Source: Eledone cirrhosa
Taxonomy: Eukaryota
Assembly: GCA_964016885.1 (NCBI GenBank)
Contig: OZ024747.1
Span: forward strand, 89,962,001 to 90,026,000
Direction: 5' to 3'
DNA length: 64,000 bases
Of this stretch, positions 24,900 to 38,904 are shown piece by piece. The notes under the pieces were generated by a model. The model ran no database searches and was not told where the DNA came from. It saw only the letters and a list, made by a program, of their open reading frames with translations. Position 1 is the stretch's first letter, and the number at the start of each line of letters is the position of its first letter. The translations under genes were made by a program, and so were the position numbers.

Positions 24900-25090
24900 T
24901 TAACCTTTTAGCATTTACATTACTCTATATTTACTATTGTATTTTCATAGTAATTATCTCACATAATATCGAATCTATGAGATTTTGATATTATTTATTT
25001 TGAGAACAATACCTTAACATCAGTATGACTGGCAGAAAGAGATGAGAGAATTCTGGCTGGATACAGATGGTTTAAATACTAAAGGGTTAA
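24900..25090. mobile_element. piggyBac-type TTAA MITE
   Basis: ttaa|cctttta...taaaggg|ttaa; body shared with other copies in the window. Confidence 0.8.
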
Positions 25091-25115
25091 GACACCATGC
25101 AGTCAGATTGAACCC

Positions 25116-25432
25116 TTCTTCTTCTTCTTCTTCTTCTTCTTCTTCTTCTTCTTCTTCTTCTTCTTCTTCTTCTTCTTCTTCGCCCACTTATTCCTGAGAG
25201 GGTCATGGGAGCAGAGACCTCAAACATTCCCTCCAGTTGGTCCTGTCAGAAGCAATCATTTGCAACTGATCTGGCTGGATCCCCAAACATGACCAGCCAA
25301 ACCCATGGATGTTATCCAACCATCTAACTCGGGTTCACCCTTGGGTCTCCTGTTGGTTTCGCTCATAAAATCTGTCCAATGATTCTTTCCTGAGACATTC
25401 TAACCACATGCTCATAGTATCAGAGCTGTGGT
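25116..25432 (-). mobile_element. RTE-type LINE 3' fragment with (GAA)n tail, inverted relative to 24498-24655
   Basis: (TTC)n then gcccacttattcctgagag...gtatcagagctg, the reverse complement of the family. Confidence 0.8.
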
Positions 25433-26049
25433 TTCTGGATTGAACCCAGTACCTAATAATTGCAAAATGAACCTCATAAACATTTGGCTATGCTGCATCT
25501 ACTGCAAGAGAATAATATTATATATTTGTCGTCAAGTTTGTTCCTTAGATAAGATTGTTTACTTCTTATTGTAAAAATAAAAATAATAATATGGCACAAG
25601 ATTATAACAAAAAATATAGTTTTCAAAGAAGTTCTCTCTCTCTCTTTCTTAATACTGCACCTTCAATACTATGGATGTTACACTATTTCAAGAAACAAAT
25701 ACTTCAGAAAAAACACAATTTCAAAAGAAATTGTGTATTCTATAGTTCTCTAGGAACTTCCAACAATCTTATACTTTTCAAAGTAATTGAGGAATTTCCA
25801 CAGGTACAGTTAGTTCATTTGAATATCTATTAACTAATTCCTGTGTCTATCTATTACTTAATATTTGTGTCTAGTGATGATTTTTCAAGGAGAACTTCGA
25901 GATACTTCCTAGTTAATATACTTTGTTAGACCAAGAAAACCCAGGGTTTCGTAAATCATAGTCTGGTGGCTATTAAGAAAACTACAAGAATGTTTTGTTG
26001 TGAGGCTTCCACTGTATAAGTGCATGCACACACATGTGCACACACAAAT

Positions 26050-26099
<50 letters not shown>

Positions 26100-27858
26100 A
26101 TATATATATATATGTGTATATATATATATGTGTGTGTGTGTATATACACATATATATATATATATATACATAAATATTATATATAGCATCATCATCATTT
26201 AACATCCATCTTCCATGCTAGCATGTCTCAGAATTAATAGTATATACATATAGATATAAATACATATTAATCATATATATCATTTATACATATTTGGTAG
26301 TTTTGGTTACCTAGGTGATTTAATTTTCTAAGCTACAGTGAAATCAAAGTAGCTAGAATAAAGAAAGAATTAGAATGTTCTAGAAGTTCTTGCGACTCTT
26401 ATTTATCAAAGATTTCATACTTTGTGTAAAAGATGGACTCCATAAGAATTGTTTTGCTGAATGCTAGGAAGATATTTATGTTGAATGAAAATATCTATGG
26501 AGGATCATAAGAATTAAGATAAACATGACTTGTACGATGAGTAATATATTAACTTGCAGGAAACATAGAGTAAAACTGATTCAAGAGAACAGATAGGCAT
26601 TAAAGACGTTGGTTAATATAAGTAGGAGTGACAATTGTAGTGGTATGGATATGTGGTTTGAATGGTTGATGATCTAAACTGTAAATGCAGCATCGCTGAA
26701 TGGTTAAAAGTTTTACTTTGTAATCATTAAGTCTTAGGTTCGATCCCACTGCATGGCTGGCATTTTAACGCTTTAGCATTTAAACCAGCCATATTTGGCC
26801 AGAATTCTCTCACCTCTTTCTGTTCAAACCGGCCATAACTGGCTGCTCATACTTATGTTAAGGTATTGTTCTCAAAATAAATGCTCAGCCACCCACTTTC
26901 ACATACATTTCATCAACAGGTTTTTTCATTGATTGAACAACTGGAACATTCATCAAATATAAGGGAGATCTATCGTTATATATTAACCCTTTCATGACTA
27001 TATTTCTAACGAAATACACTCTCTTATAATTAACTAATGAAGAATTTTGAAGGGTTTACTAAAATTTTAGTTATTTTATTACTGAAATATTAACTTAAAC
27101 CACCCATTTTGAAGGTTTCCAATTTAAATAAAAATCTTCCAACATAATTTTATATAAGAACCTTACATTAAATTACAATCTTTGTAATGATATAATTAAT
27201 AATGTTATGAGTATGTTATGTGTCTGCTTGTTTGTGTTTGTGTATGTCTGTATAGTAGAGAAATATATGTTGTAATGAGTCACACAGGTGTATGTATTAA
27301 ATATACCTGAATGTTGTGTATTTGTCAGTCAAAACGTCTGTATGTAATTAATCTGTTGTGATTGTATATCTATATATATAAAATTGAGGATGTCTGTCCC
27401 TGTGTGTGTGAGTTTGAATCCCTAAAACTCGAGAAGCACCCAACCGACTGTTTTCAAACTTTACACATGTAATGCTTATGTTTCAGGGAGTGTTCTGAGC
27501 AAAACAAATTTAGGCGATTTAGCGATCTCTCTCTATAATTCTTAGTCTTTCTCTTTTTAGATAGATACATACATATAACGTCGCGCCCTTATAATATTTG
27601 TCTGTATGTCTGGCTGTCTGCATTACGTCACTTCCCTGAGGATGTCAGTCTGTGTGTATGTGTGTATGTGAGTTTGAATGCCTAAAACTCGAGAAGTACC
27701 CAACCGACCTTTTTAAAAATTTACATGTATATTACTTATGTTTCAGGGAGTGTTATGCACATATAATAATTCAACTTTTTGATCCCCATTAGGTGAAAAA
27801 CTGCGTTTTTTCAGGTTTTTATGGGTTTTTTGAGGCGTTACGTCAGACCGATTTCCTT

Positions 27859-29599
27859 GTAACATATATTTTGTTCCCTGGTTCGAAGTGTCATTTACTG
27901 GTTTGTTATATCCCATTATTATAAAAAAAAACACTATTATTTAATCAGAAGTTTGGGTTTGTGGTCAGGAGTTTGATATTTCGAAATTTTCATATTTTTC
28001 AAGAAAAAACACATGTTTTTAAAATTTATCATTTTATATAATTAAATCAACAGAGTATATATTTATTTTATTACACAAGCTTATCAAAAGCAAACAAATA
28101 AAAACAAATAACACTTATAAAGCAACTTATACACGTCAGAAATGACTGGATTTGCGGTTGTAGTCCAGGTCGCATTCCCACACTAGCCCCCAGATATAGT
28201 CCCCATCATTTTTTCATTGTAGTGGCCCTGGTACCTCCGCTCTATCTTTTTCACATCTTGGTGGAATCGTTCGCCTTGTTCTTCTGAGTAGGCGCCCATA
28301 TTGTCCTTGAATTTTTCCAGGTGAGTGTCCAGCATATGGAGTTTAAGCGGCATCCTGCATCCCATGGCGCCAAAAGCCTTTATCAGATCCTGCACCAGTT
28401 GCTGGTAGTTTTCAGTCCTGTAGTTGCCCAGGAAGCCCTTAACAACTACCTTGAAACAGTTCCATGCTGTTCTCTCAATCCTATTGAGCTTATTGGAGAA
28501 CTCGGTAGACTCAAACACCTTCTTTATCTGAGGTCCAACAAAAATTCCACCTTTGATTTTGGGGAAGAACTCAAGAAGGTACATAAAAGCGGCTGATTCT
28601 TGGCTGAGAGCCTTCACAAACTGCTTCATCAACCCCAACTTAATGTGCAATGGCAGCATGAGCACAATCCTGGGATCAACCAGTGGCTCCCGCATGACGT
28701 TCCGGGTCCCAACTACAAATTCTGTTTGCTGTTCCCTGTTCTTTCTTTTGTAGTGGTCAGAGGTGGCTCTGCTGTTCCAAAGGCAGAGAAAGCATTGGAA
28801 TTTGATAAAGCCTCCTTGGAGTCCAAGCAGGAAAACCACCATCTTGAAGTCTCCAATGATTTCCCAATTGTACTGGTTGTATTGCAGAGCTTCCAAGAGG
28901 ACTTTCAGACTGTAGTAATCTTCCTTCAGGCAGACTGAATGAGCTAGGGGCAGTGTCAGGAACTTGTGGTGGAGCCTTCAAACTTGTGGTGGAGCTGTCT
29001 ATAAATAGCTACCACTCCTTGGGCACCCCAATAATGTCAAACAGTCCAGGCACATCATGGCAGTGCAGAGGCCATCCCTAAGAGTGTAGAAGCCTGAGAA
29101 AGGTTCGTGTCGACTTCTCTGACTTGTCACCTGCACTTCCTCCTTGACCAAGTTCCACTACTTCATCCTGGAGATGAATAGCTCTGCATTGGACTTAGTC
29201 AGACCCATATCCCTGACCAAGTCATTGACTTCTTTTTGGTTTGGGAAGTGAGGAACTTTTTCTGGTACCCCAGTATCAATAAATCTCTTTAATCCACTTT
29301 TTAACAATTTTATACTTTATTGCACTTTTATAATTTTCTTTAGGTATTACTCTTTATTTTATAATTTTAATTTAACCTGAAACATATACAAAGAAAATCA
29401 TTTAACATAAGTAAATTAAACTTACATACAACGTAAAATCCAGCATACAAATAATTCTAGTGAATAGCTTAGAATTTTTACAAACCCAAACTTTTAACTG
29501 TTTAATAGCACTTTTTTTTATTTATTTGGGACCTAAGCAACACAAAAAAAGTGATTACAGGCCAGGAACAGAGAAAAAAAAATTTTTTGTTACTCAGTG
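27859..29599 (-). mobile_element. Chapaev3-type (CMC superfamily, RAG1/Transib-related) DNA transposon, decayed
   Basis: Minus-strand start CACTGAGTAACAAAAA; imperfect counterpart gtaacatatattttgttccctgg at the other end; contains a transposase pseudogene. Confidence 0.7.
28183..29280 (-). pseudogene. DDE transposase pseudogene with RAG1-core-like motifs
   Basis: NDLVRDMGLTK, W*LFIDSS (D1), IIGDFKMV..LLGLQGG..K..CFLC (D2 + C2), PLHIKLG, KLHMLDTH (H2), GAYSEEQGERFHQD (E). 237-aa open segment at 28183-28896; stops and frameshifts upstream. Confidence 0.85.
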
Positions 29600-30680
29600 G
29601 AAATTATAACTATGTATTAGTCAGTCTCTTCTTCATACCGTGAGCAAAGAAAACCAACTTTTTTATGAGCTAGGACCCGCATTAGGTGAAAAACTTCATT
29701 TTTTCATATTTTTAGGGGTCTTTTGAGACGTTACGTCTAGCTGATTTTCCCGAAATTTCAAGGCATATTTGGCACATACAAAAAATTCATTTTCTTGATC
29801 CCCTAGTGAAAACCTGCATTTTTCCTGTTTCACCGAGGAAAATCTTAAAGATTATCCAGCCATCAGAGTATTCGGTTTATTTTCTTTACATATTGTCCAG
29901 ACATGCAGTTTTTCCAGGATTAGGTCTGTTGGCAACCCGCATTCCAAAATACCATATCCCGTGCAACGCCGGGTACCACTGCTAGTATATATACATATAT
30001 ATATATATATTTGGTGTTCCAGTACTGTTCTGCTTATGATGTCTAAAACAAACTAAAGAATGCATATGTATCTATATAACTATGTATGTATGTATATGTA
30101 AGTGTTTGCATGCATATATGTATGTATGTAATGTACTTAATGTAAGTATGTGTGCATGTATGTTTATGTGTATGTGTGTGTATGTAAGTATGTATGCATA
30201 CATGTATGTATTTATGTATTTAATGTATGTGTGTATGTATGTTTGTGTGTATCTGTGTGTTTGTAAGTATGTATGCATGCATATATGTATATATATGTAT
30301 ATCAAGATTCTCTCAATTGTTACTAGTAATATATAACAGTACACTCTATTGCAAGTCTCAGGTCATTGGTTGACTTTTCATTACATTAATTGGAATATCA
30401 GGTATGTCTGTGACAATGAAGTGTTACCACATCTATAGCTTCATCATTCATAATTGTATTTTAGGTGAGAGTACTTGTAAATCTTTGGCAGCCATTGCTG
30501 CTGCATTGTACATGAAAGTGTTGTAGGTTATGGTTACTGGGAAGACAGAGGTTTGGTTCTGCTATTTTGGTGTGTGTCTTTATTATCTTGAGAGCCCAAG
30601 ATGGAGAAGTGCTGTCTCTTAAAATGGCAGGAGGAATGTGCAAAATGTGGTCATATTCAATAATGACTCGATATTATATA

Positions 30681-30716
<36 letters not shown>

Positions 30717-30734
30717 TATATGTATGTATGTTAC

Positions 30735-31345
30735 TGTCAGGTCACCAGTTGGTGCTACTGGTAACATGTATCCCAGTACAACCTGTCCCATGGTCGGGTC
30801 GTTGGCGACTAAACTGGCAACCCCACCAAGGTTTCTTGGTGAGGAGGGTGACTTTGGACATCCTGCAGGACTAAAAACAAAACCTGTCAAAGGGCAAAGG
30901 AGCTCTTAAGAGTCAATGGCCATCCAAAATCACCAGGAGAGATGACCCCTTAGCCTTTGTCAAGGCAGAATTCTAGGAGAAGGAAAACTCTGATATAACA
31001 CCTGCAACCCTGATGGTTTCCAATGATGTTGACTTGTTCTTCTTTTTGGTAAATATCATCTTGGTTAAGAGAGTGGGACTGGCTTTGTGCAGTGCCTTTG
31101 CTCACTATAAAAGCTTCACAGCACAGGCATTGCTTTATATCTGGAGATCTCTCTGCACTTGTCGTCACATGGTACCATGGGCCCAGCACTATGTGTCAAT
31201 AATTGTCACAAGTGTAGTGTTTGTACCAGAGTTTTGAAGTCGCTGGCTGGACTAAAAAGTCACACTTATTCAGCGCATCGGTAGGGGTTCTCCTACATGG
31301 ATATAAAGTAGTGGCCGTACTCGAAAACGAGTTGGCAGCCACCAT
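30735..31345 (+). mobile_element. Internally deleted RTE-clade derivative, copy 2
   Basis: Colinear and highly similar to 7638-8247; finger [25 protein letters not shown]; flanked by (TATG)n. Confidence 0.8.
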
Positions 31346-31366
31346 GTATGTATGTATGCATGTATG

Positions 31367-31405
<39 letters not shown>

Positions 31406-31470
31406 ATATATGTATATGTATGTATCTATGTATGAATGTATGTATGTATATCTGTATGTATGAATGTATG

Positions 31471-31538
<68 letters not shown>

Positions 31539-33329
31539 TGTATGTATGTATGTATATATGTATGATTGTATGTATTCATGTATATCTGTATATATGTGTG
31601 TATATATGTATATATGTATGTATGTATATATGTATATATGTATGTGTATATGTATGTGTGTATGTATGCATGCAAGCATGTATGTATGTATGTACATGTA
31701 TGTATGTGATGCTTTGTGTGGTTTTATGAAGATAGTGGCTGATCAAAGAAGATGAATTGATTATATTTAGTCTAAGGAAATCAGGCTTCACAGATAATTA
31801 TAGACACAAGATACATGTTTCATGAAGATGTACTTCTTGGCAGATATTAAGTTGATGATGATGTGGCTGTGGAGAAGGATGTGGGAATGTAATGATGATC
31901 CACATCGTTAATTCTATATGAAATATTTAATGCAAAGTTAATTAAGATGAAAGTTCATCTATAGAATAGCTCAGAGTTTCTAAGAAATGAAACGGGAAGA
32001 CAGACAGTGAAAAGTAGAAAAGGAAGGAATTGTCCACTTATACTTTTATCGTAACTTTCTAATATTTGTATCCACTACACCTTTATTCAACTCACTTGAA
32101 GAATTAGAGCACAACCCATTATATGCAAAGCTAATTGCATGATCTGTAAATCTGATTATCGAAATATTGGTCAGCTCAAATTTAAATGGACTTTATCTTG
32201 AAACAGAGCTGGTTCTAATAGCTGTGGGTTGGTAAGAAGTATTGATATTCTAGTAATCTTTGATGATACATCAGTCTTGATACTGCAGCACAAGATAAAA
32301 GGATCATTAAACCAGTTCTTAAATACTGGATAAATATTACTCTATAATTTCTGAAAATTTCTGCAATTGGCAAGAAGCATTATCTTTTGAAGAACTATTG
32401 TGAGCAGAATTAATATTTATTATTATTGGACTGTTGAATTGCCAAGCAATTGTTTTACAACTGATGTACATGTTGCACCCTTACATCAACAGCATGCTAT
32501 TATAATAACACTGGGCATCTGTTTTAAATCCCCAAGAAAAACCAACCGAATTTATAGATGTTATCCCACCATCCTACTTCTGGTTTTCTTCTGGCTTTGC
32601 CCATAAAATCTGTTCATGAGGGAAGTAATACATAATTTGATTGGTTGCAATTAGTCTCATTTGTAAAGGATGGCAAGATATGAGATATTGAGTGCTATGT
32701 GATGTGAATTTGGGGTGGTAATGGCTATGAGGAGAGATGGATGATATGGTGGCATAGGTGAGCAAAAGGTGATATTTTGAATTTCTAGAGATATATGTGT
32801 TTTGTCTTACACATATATACATAGCCTACAGTTTATCAATTTATGAATAACAAAATGTTGCTCTCAAGGTTAATTTTCCTTGAAGAAAGTTGAGTGTGAT
32901 GAAAATATAACAAGTGTGTGTATATTAACAGTGTGAACATTTTTAGTTCATCAGTAAATTTTGTGTTTATAGAAACATGTGAGCTCGGCATTGAAATTTA
33001 AGATACCAGGATGGAACAAATTATTTAGCTTTCCACTGGTTCTTAGGTTACAGAATCTCAAACTCAGTCATGTTTTTGCATATTCCAGAATTTTCCATGT
33101 GATGTCAAAATTGATGTGTTTGTCTTTCAAAATAAACATGCATCATGGCAGATTGGTGTGTAAGTGTCTTGCTGAATCCCTGAAGATGTATGTGTGTTTG
33201 TGATATCATACTTAAAATAGCTTGGCTGTTAAACCAATATGTTTGATTTACTAGTGATAACCTTCAGCACAGTTGATAATGAAACTTGTGAAACACATAC
33301 TCTCTAAAAGTCATGATGTTGAAGTTATA

Positions 33330-33600
33330 CACTACACTGTAAAGTGGTTGTGTTTGTGTCATGACAAAAAGCATCCAGTCCACACTGTAAAGTGCTCATG
33401 TAGGTGTCATGACAAAAAGCATCCAGTGCACACTATAAATGTGGTTGGCTTTAGGAAGGGCATCCAGCTGTAGAAAACAAGCCAGAAACAGTTTTGTATG
33501 AGCAAGACATGGTCACCTGACCCAACTTGCCTCAAATGGGAAAACCTGTCTAACCCTTGCTAGCATAAAAAATGGACATTAAACGATGATGATGATGTAT
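33330..33600 (+). mobile_element. RTE-tailed SINE 3' part with (GAT)n tail
   Basis: aggaagggcatccagctgtagaaa...gctagcat...ggacattaaacgatgatgatg; related pieces at 1-30, 1300-1410, 33850-34030 and 61880-62060. Confidence 0.65.
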
Positions 33601-34328
33601 CATGGAGCTGCATATAAGATGAGTTCAGTGAGGCAACTGCAAATGGAGGCAATGGCACAGCTAGGATTGTTGGGTTTGTGAAGTTAAGAAATAAATAAAA
33701 TGGTAAAGATTCAAACAAATTTGAATAATGAAGTTATTAACTTTGAGAATAAGTAAAGAGAGAGAGATGAGCTGGTGTAAAGTATTGGAGATGAGTCATT
33801 GGTTGTGAAGGTTACAGTTCCTGAGTAATTTTATCATGCATATCATTCTCACCATCATCATCATCACTGTTTCGTGTCCATTTTTCCATGTTTGCATGAG
33901 TTCACATGTCGTCCATGTCAAGAGACAAATCTAGCCAGAATTGGCCACACCATACCTTGCTCTGATGGGACTGCAAATTTGGCTGGGTTTTCTTACAGCT
34001 GCCTAACACCAACCACATTTACAGTGTGGGACTATATAAAAGAAAAATAAATTGTTTGTTTATTTTATTTATTGTGAAATGAAGAATAGAAGAAAAGGAA
34101 AAGGAATAAAATGAAAGAAGAAATTAAACAATGAAAGGAAGGGAAGAAGTGGAGTGAGTGATAGACTCTAGATCCCAGTCTGGGGGGTATCTCTCAGCTG
34201 TATCCTGCAGACAAAATTGTGAAAGCATTGCTACAGAGAACAGCCAGTGACACACACTACAACAGCCACTCTGCCTCACATGGCTCCTTCATAATGAATT
34301 TATTGAAAAAAGTATGAACATTTGTAGG

Positions 34329-34557
34329 TTAACCCTTTAACAATTACATTACTCTATATATACTATTGTATTTTCACGGTAAAGGCTTCACTTCACATAA
34401 TTATCTCACATAATATCAAATCTATGAGAGTTTGATATTATTTATTTTGAGAACAATACCTTAACATAAGTATGAGTGGCAGGTTACAGCCGGTTTAAAC
34501 AAAAAGTAGTGAGGGAAGCCTAGCCAGATATGGCCGGTTTAAATGCTAAAGGGTTAA
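34329..34557. mobile_element. piggyBac-type TTAA MITE
   Basis: ttaa|cccttta...taaaggg|ttaa. Confidence 0.85.
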
Positions 34558-35684
34558 ACATGGATATTCAGTTCTTTGTTTTATCTTTCATAGCTGGAGT
34601 ACTTACTCTCTTCTTTAAGACTATAGTCTTTATAATTTAATATGCTTTGTTCTTTTATCAATATATTCGTAAATAATTTGAGATTGAAAAAGTAAATGGA
34701 TTTCACCAGTTTCAATGATGAATATTTCACTGTTTGATCAATTCAACTAGTAGTTCATTGAATGTAAGTGGCTGAGTATTCCTCAAACACATAGAGTCAA
34801 TATTGACACAGTATGTAACAAGACTGCTGGATATTTGAAGTACAGATACAATCCATTTGACAGATTTCCACACAGTTTCTCTCAGTTTAATTTTATTCAC
34901 AAAGCTTGGGTAAACTTGAGATTGTAATAAAAGACATTTACCTTAAATACCATTCAGTTGAAATAAATGCAAGATCTTGGGGTTGTGAAGTGAATTTCTT
35001 AACCTTTCAGCCATAAGATTGAAGAAATCAACTAATAGAAATTGAACAGTGTATCTTGTTCACAATATCTCCTATTTACAAATTCATAATCTTCATTAAT
35101 AAAGATTTATAATATTTATATAAATGTTTGATAATATTTATATAAGATGTCTTTAATCTTGGTTTTATTTTCGGGAGTTAATTCTAGTCTATACATCCTA
35201 TCAATAAGAAATATCTTGCTATGTGAAATATCAATGGAAGAATCCTTATCTCTCTATCATTACTTTACAAATGAATTCTAAATGATAACTGTAATGTTCT
35301 ATGTCAAATCAAAACTCTGAAAGAGAAAAGCTATGAAGTCTGTTAACCAAGAGATGTAGTTAAATGCAAGTTAAAACTCCCAATGTAGCCAAAAATAATT
35401 TTAATCAATTGAAATACCATCATATTGAAAAGAAATATTATTGACATTAATACAAAAAGGTAAAGGAGACAATTTTGAAAACCATATTGATTCAAAATTC
35501 AATTGAGACAAGCAGTAAAAACAAGCTTGATCTAAGGAATGTATAAGGACAACTTTAAATCTAGGTGTGTTTTTATCTTATTACACCTCCTTATCAAAGT
35601 ATAGTTTGTCACTTACTTATCAGAACCTAAAATAACTGACAGAATAAATATATAGATTTTGAGAGAAAAATAATCACTGAAATA

Positions 35685-36250
35685 ATTGTTTCTAATTTTC
35701 GTACAAGGCCAGCAATTACCCAGTGCATTACTGGTGCTTTATTTTATCGACCCTGTAAGGATGAAAAGATAACCTCAGCGGGATTTGAACTCAGACGTAA
35801 AGGACCATAACTCTATGCTGCAAAGCATGTTGTCCGATGCTCTACCGATTTTGCCAATCCACTGCCCTAATAATTGTTTCTACTTTTAGCACAAGGCCAG
35901 CAATTATCCCAGCGCATTACTGGCACTTTATTTTATCGACCCCGTAAGGATGAAAGGCAAAGTTAACCTCGGCGGGATTTGAACTCAGATCATAAAGGGA
36001 GGTAACTCTATGCTTCAAAGCATGGCGTCCAATGCTTACTGATACTGCCAACCTAATAAGTGTTTCTACGTTAGGCACAAGGCCAGCAATTATCCCAGTA
36101 CATTACTGGTACTTTATTTTATCGACCCCGTAAGGATGAAAGGCAAAGTTAACCTCGGCAGGATTTGAACTCAGAATGACAAGGGCCGTAACTCTATGCA
36201 TCAAAGCATGGCATCCGACCCTCTACCGATACTGCCAATCCACTGCCAAC
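35685..36250 (-). mobile_element. Three head-to-tail full SINE A copies
   Basis: Three successive diverged units of ~185 bp. Confidence 0.85.
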
Positions 36251-36419
36251 CTAATAATGATATAAAAAATGTTCCAGGAATAATGTAGCCAAGATTTGTA
36301 TTGTTTGGTTCCTGTCAATGAGTTTGTTGGTTTTTTTTAAATATCAAATTGTTGTTTGCAAACACACAAAGATTACCCAGCCTCCCCCCTCATCTCTCGA
36401 TATATATATATAGTTTTTA

Positions 36420-36870
36420 ATAGTTTCTAACTTAGGCACAAGACCAACAATTTATGGAAAGGGAAAGTTGATTACAATGAGCCCAATGCGTAATTGGTAC
36501 TTTATTTTATCAATATGGAAAGATGAAAGGAAAAGTTGACCTCAGCGAGAATTGAACTCAAAGCATAAAGGGGCATAATTAAATGATTCAAAGCATTTTG
36601 ACTGACACTTTAACCCTTTCATGATAGCATTTCTAATGAAATATACTCTATTTCAATTAACTAATAAAGAATTTGGAAGGATTTACATAAATGATTAATT
36701 ATTTCATTACTTAGATAGTAACTTAATGAAAGGTTCTTATATAAATTATACTGGAAAATTTTAATTTACATTGGAAACCTTTAAAATGGGTGATTTTATT
36801 TCATAGAATCAGAGCTGGTTTGGGCCAGATTGGTAACTAAAGGGTTAACGATTCTGTCATTCCACTGCCT
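36420..36870 (-). mobile_element. Old SINE A interrupted by a second TTAA MITE family (36610-36848)
   Basis: The SINE head is split by ttaa|ccctttcatga...aaaggg|ttaa; a related MITE end is at ~26983. Confidence 0.75.
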
Positions 36871-37484
36871 TTACTCAGCTCATGATCGTAAGGTCATGAT
36901 TTTGCTTCCCAGACAAGGTAGCACATTGAGCCCTTGAGCAAGACATTTTATTTCAAATTACTTCAGTTCACTCAGCTGGCAAAATTGTGTTGAACTTGTA
37001 ATTCAAAAGGCCTAACTTGTCACTCACAGTATCATGCTGAATCTCCCTGAGAACTCTGTTAAAGATACACGTGTCTGTGGCTCAGCCACTTGCATATTTA
37101 TTTTTAGCAAGCAGGCTTTTCTGTTGCTCAAACACTCATTGTTTGAACCGATGGAGATCCAACATATGGCAAATAATCCTCTACTATAGAACCATTAATA
37201 TTGCATGTCAAATGAACTATAAAGGATTTAAGAATGGCCAAAGAAATTTCATCAAAGAAAGTACTCATGGCTGTGTCTAAGAACAAGGAAAGAAATAAGA
37301 GCTTGAGTGAGAATTTAAAAAAAATACAGCACTAGATTTCACCATAGAGCTTTTGTAAAAGTACAACAGACATCTGTTATATAAGTACAACAGACATCTG
37401 TTATATAAATGTAGTTGACATCTGTTATATAAATGTAGTTGACAAAAATATAATGTTCTATGTTTTATATTACACAAACACATA

Positions 37485-38215
37485 CAGACAAATACATGCA
37501 CATACACAAACACATACACAAACACATACACATACACATAAACTCACATACAGAGAGATATATGTATATACACACACATGCAGACATACACATGCACATA
37601 CACACTAACACACACACCCAGACAGACATATGCACATACACACACACTAACACACACATACAGACAGACACAAACACACACAGGGACACACTTGCATATA
37701 CATACACACTCATACAGACAGACATCCACATATACTCTAACACACACACACACAGACACATGCACATACACACACACTAACACACACATACAGACAGACA
37801 CAAACACACACAGGGACACACTTGCATATACATACACACTCATACAGACAGACATCCACATATACTCTAACACACACACACAGACACATGCACATACACA
37901 CACACTAACACACAGACAGACACAAACACACACAGGGACACACTTGCATATACATACACACTCATACAGACAGACATCCACATATACTCTAACACACACA
38001 CACAGACACATGCACATACACACACACTAACACACAGACAGACACAAACACACACAGGGACACACTTGCATATACATACACACTCATACAGACAGACATC
38101 CACATATACTCTAACACACACACACAGACACATGCACATACACACACACTAACACACACACACACACAAACACACACAGGGACACACTTGCATATACATA
38201 CACACAGATACACTT
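37485..38215. repeat. (CA)-rich minisatellite with ~122-128-bp higher-order unit
   Basis: cagggacacacttgcatatacatacacactcatacagacagacatccacatatactctaa recurs 4-5 times. Confidence 0.9.
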
Positions 38216-38522
38216 GCCCATATCCAATCCAATCCAGGGCCGTCTCACACCTGTTGGAGGAACCCCGTACTGGTTGACCTCCACCACTTTCTGTTTGGTT
38301 TTTGGTCATGTCAGGTGTGGTAGCCGTAGTCATCACACCTGGCCAATTGTAGGGTGGTGAGGCTATTTAACCCACAGTTAGTGTTGCCCCTTTTAACAGC
38401 TCGTTTTTTTTTTTGTGCTGCTGGGGTTCCACATACTCTCCTTACCAGACCAGGATCAGGTAGAGGGGCTGGTTTAGTCACTGATCACTCTACCATGAAG
38501 CAGGTTATACTGGGTTACATAG
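38216..38522 (-). mobile_element. 5' end (UTR plus ORF start) of a LINE, 3'-truncated
   Basis: Minus strand tgtaacccagtataacctgcttcatggtagagtg...gactaaacc resembles the 5' module of the 7638/30735 element, followed by MMTTATTPDMTKNQTESGGGQPVRGSSNRC. Clade uncertain. Confidence 0.5.
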
Positions 38523-38904
38523 TGTATACATATACACACACAAACACACAAACACATAATTATGCATATACACTCACAGACACATTCATACAATGATGAG
38601 TGTTCAATTTAATTTTACCAACAAAACAACCAGTTCATGGGATTAATATGCGAATAAAGTAAGCTCTAAGTGGTTGAGCATTTCACAGAAATGTATAACC
38701 TTAACTTAATATAGTTCTCAGTGTGTGACAAAGCTGGCCCTTTGAATTACTGATACAACTTATTTTTGCCAGTTGAGTGGACTGGAGCAACTGGAAATAA
38801 AGTGTCTTGCTGAAGGATGCAACATGCAGCCTGTAACTGGACTCATGACTTTAAAATCATGAGCCAAACATCCTAACCACTAAGCCACATATACATACGT
38901 TCAC

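Larger units (their letters stand above)
27369..29985 (+). mobile_element. Non-autonomous Helitron carrying a nested DNA transposon
   Basis: 5' A|TCtatatatataaaa; 3' GC hairpin cccgtgcaacgccggg (29958-29973) followed by CTAG|T; internal tandem sub-repeats (27387/27637 and 27788/29680). Confidence 0.8.

Noticed and set aside
32490-32560. Minus-strand 'FLGDLKQMPSV' resembling a PIF1/Helitron helicase motif
   Set aside because: A single short motif with no flanking helicase motifs in frame; could be chance.
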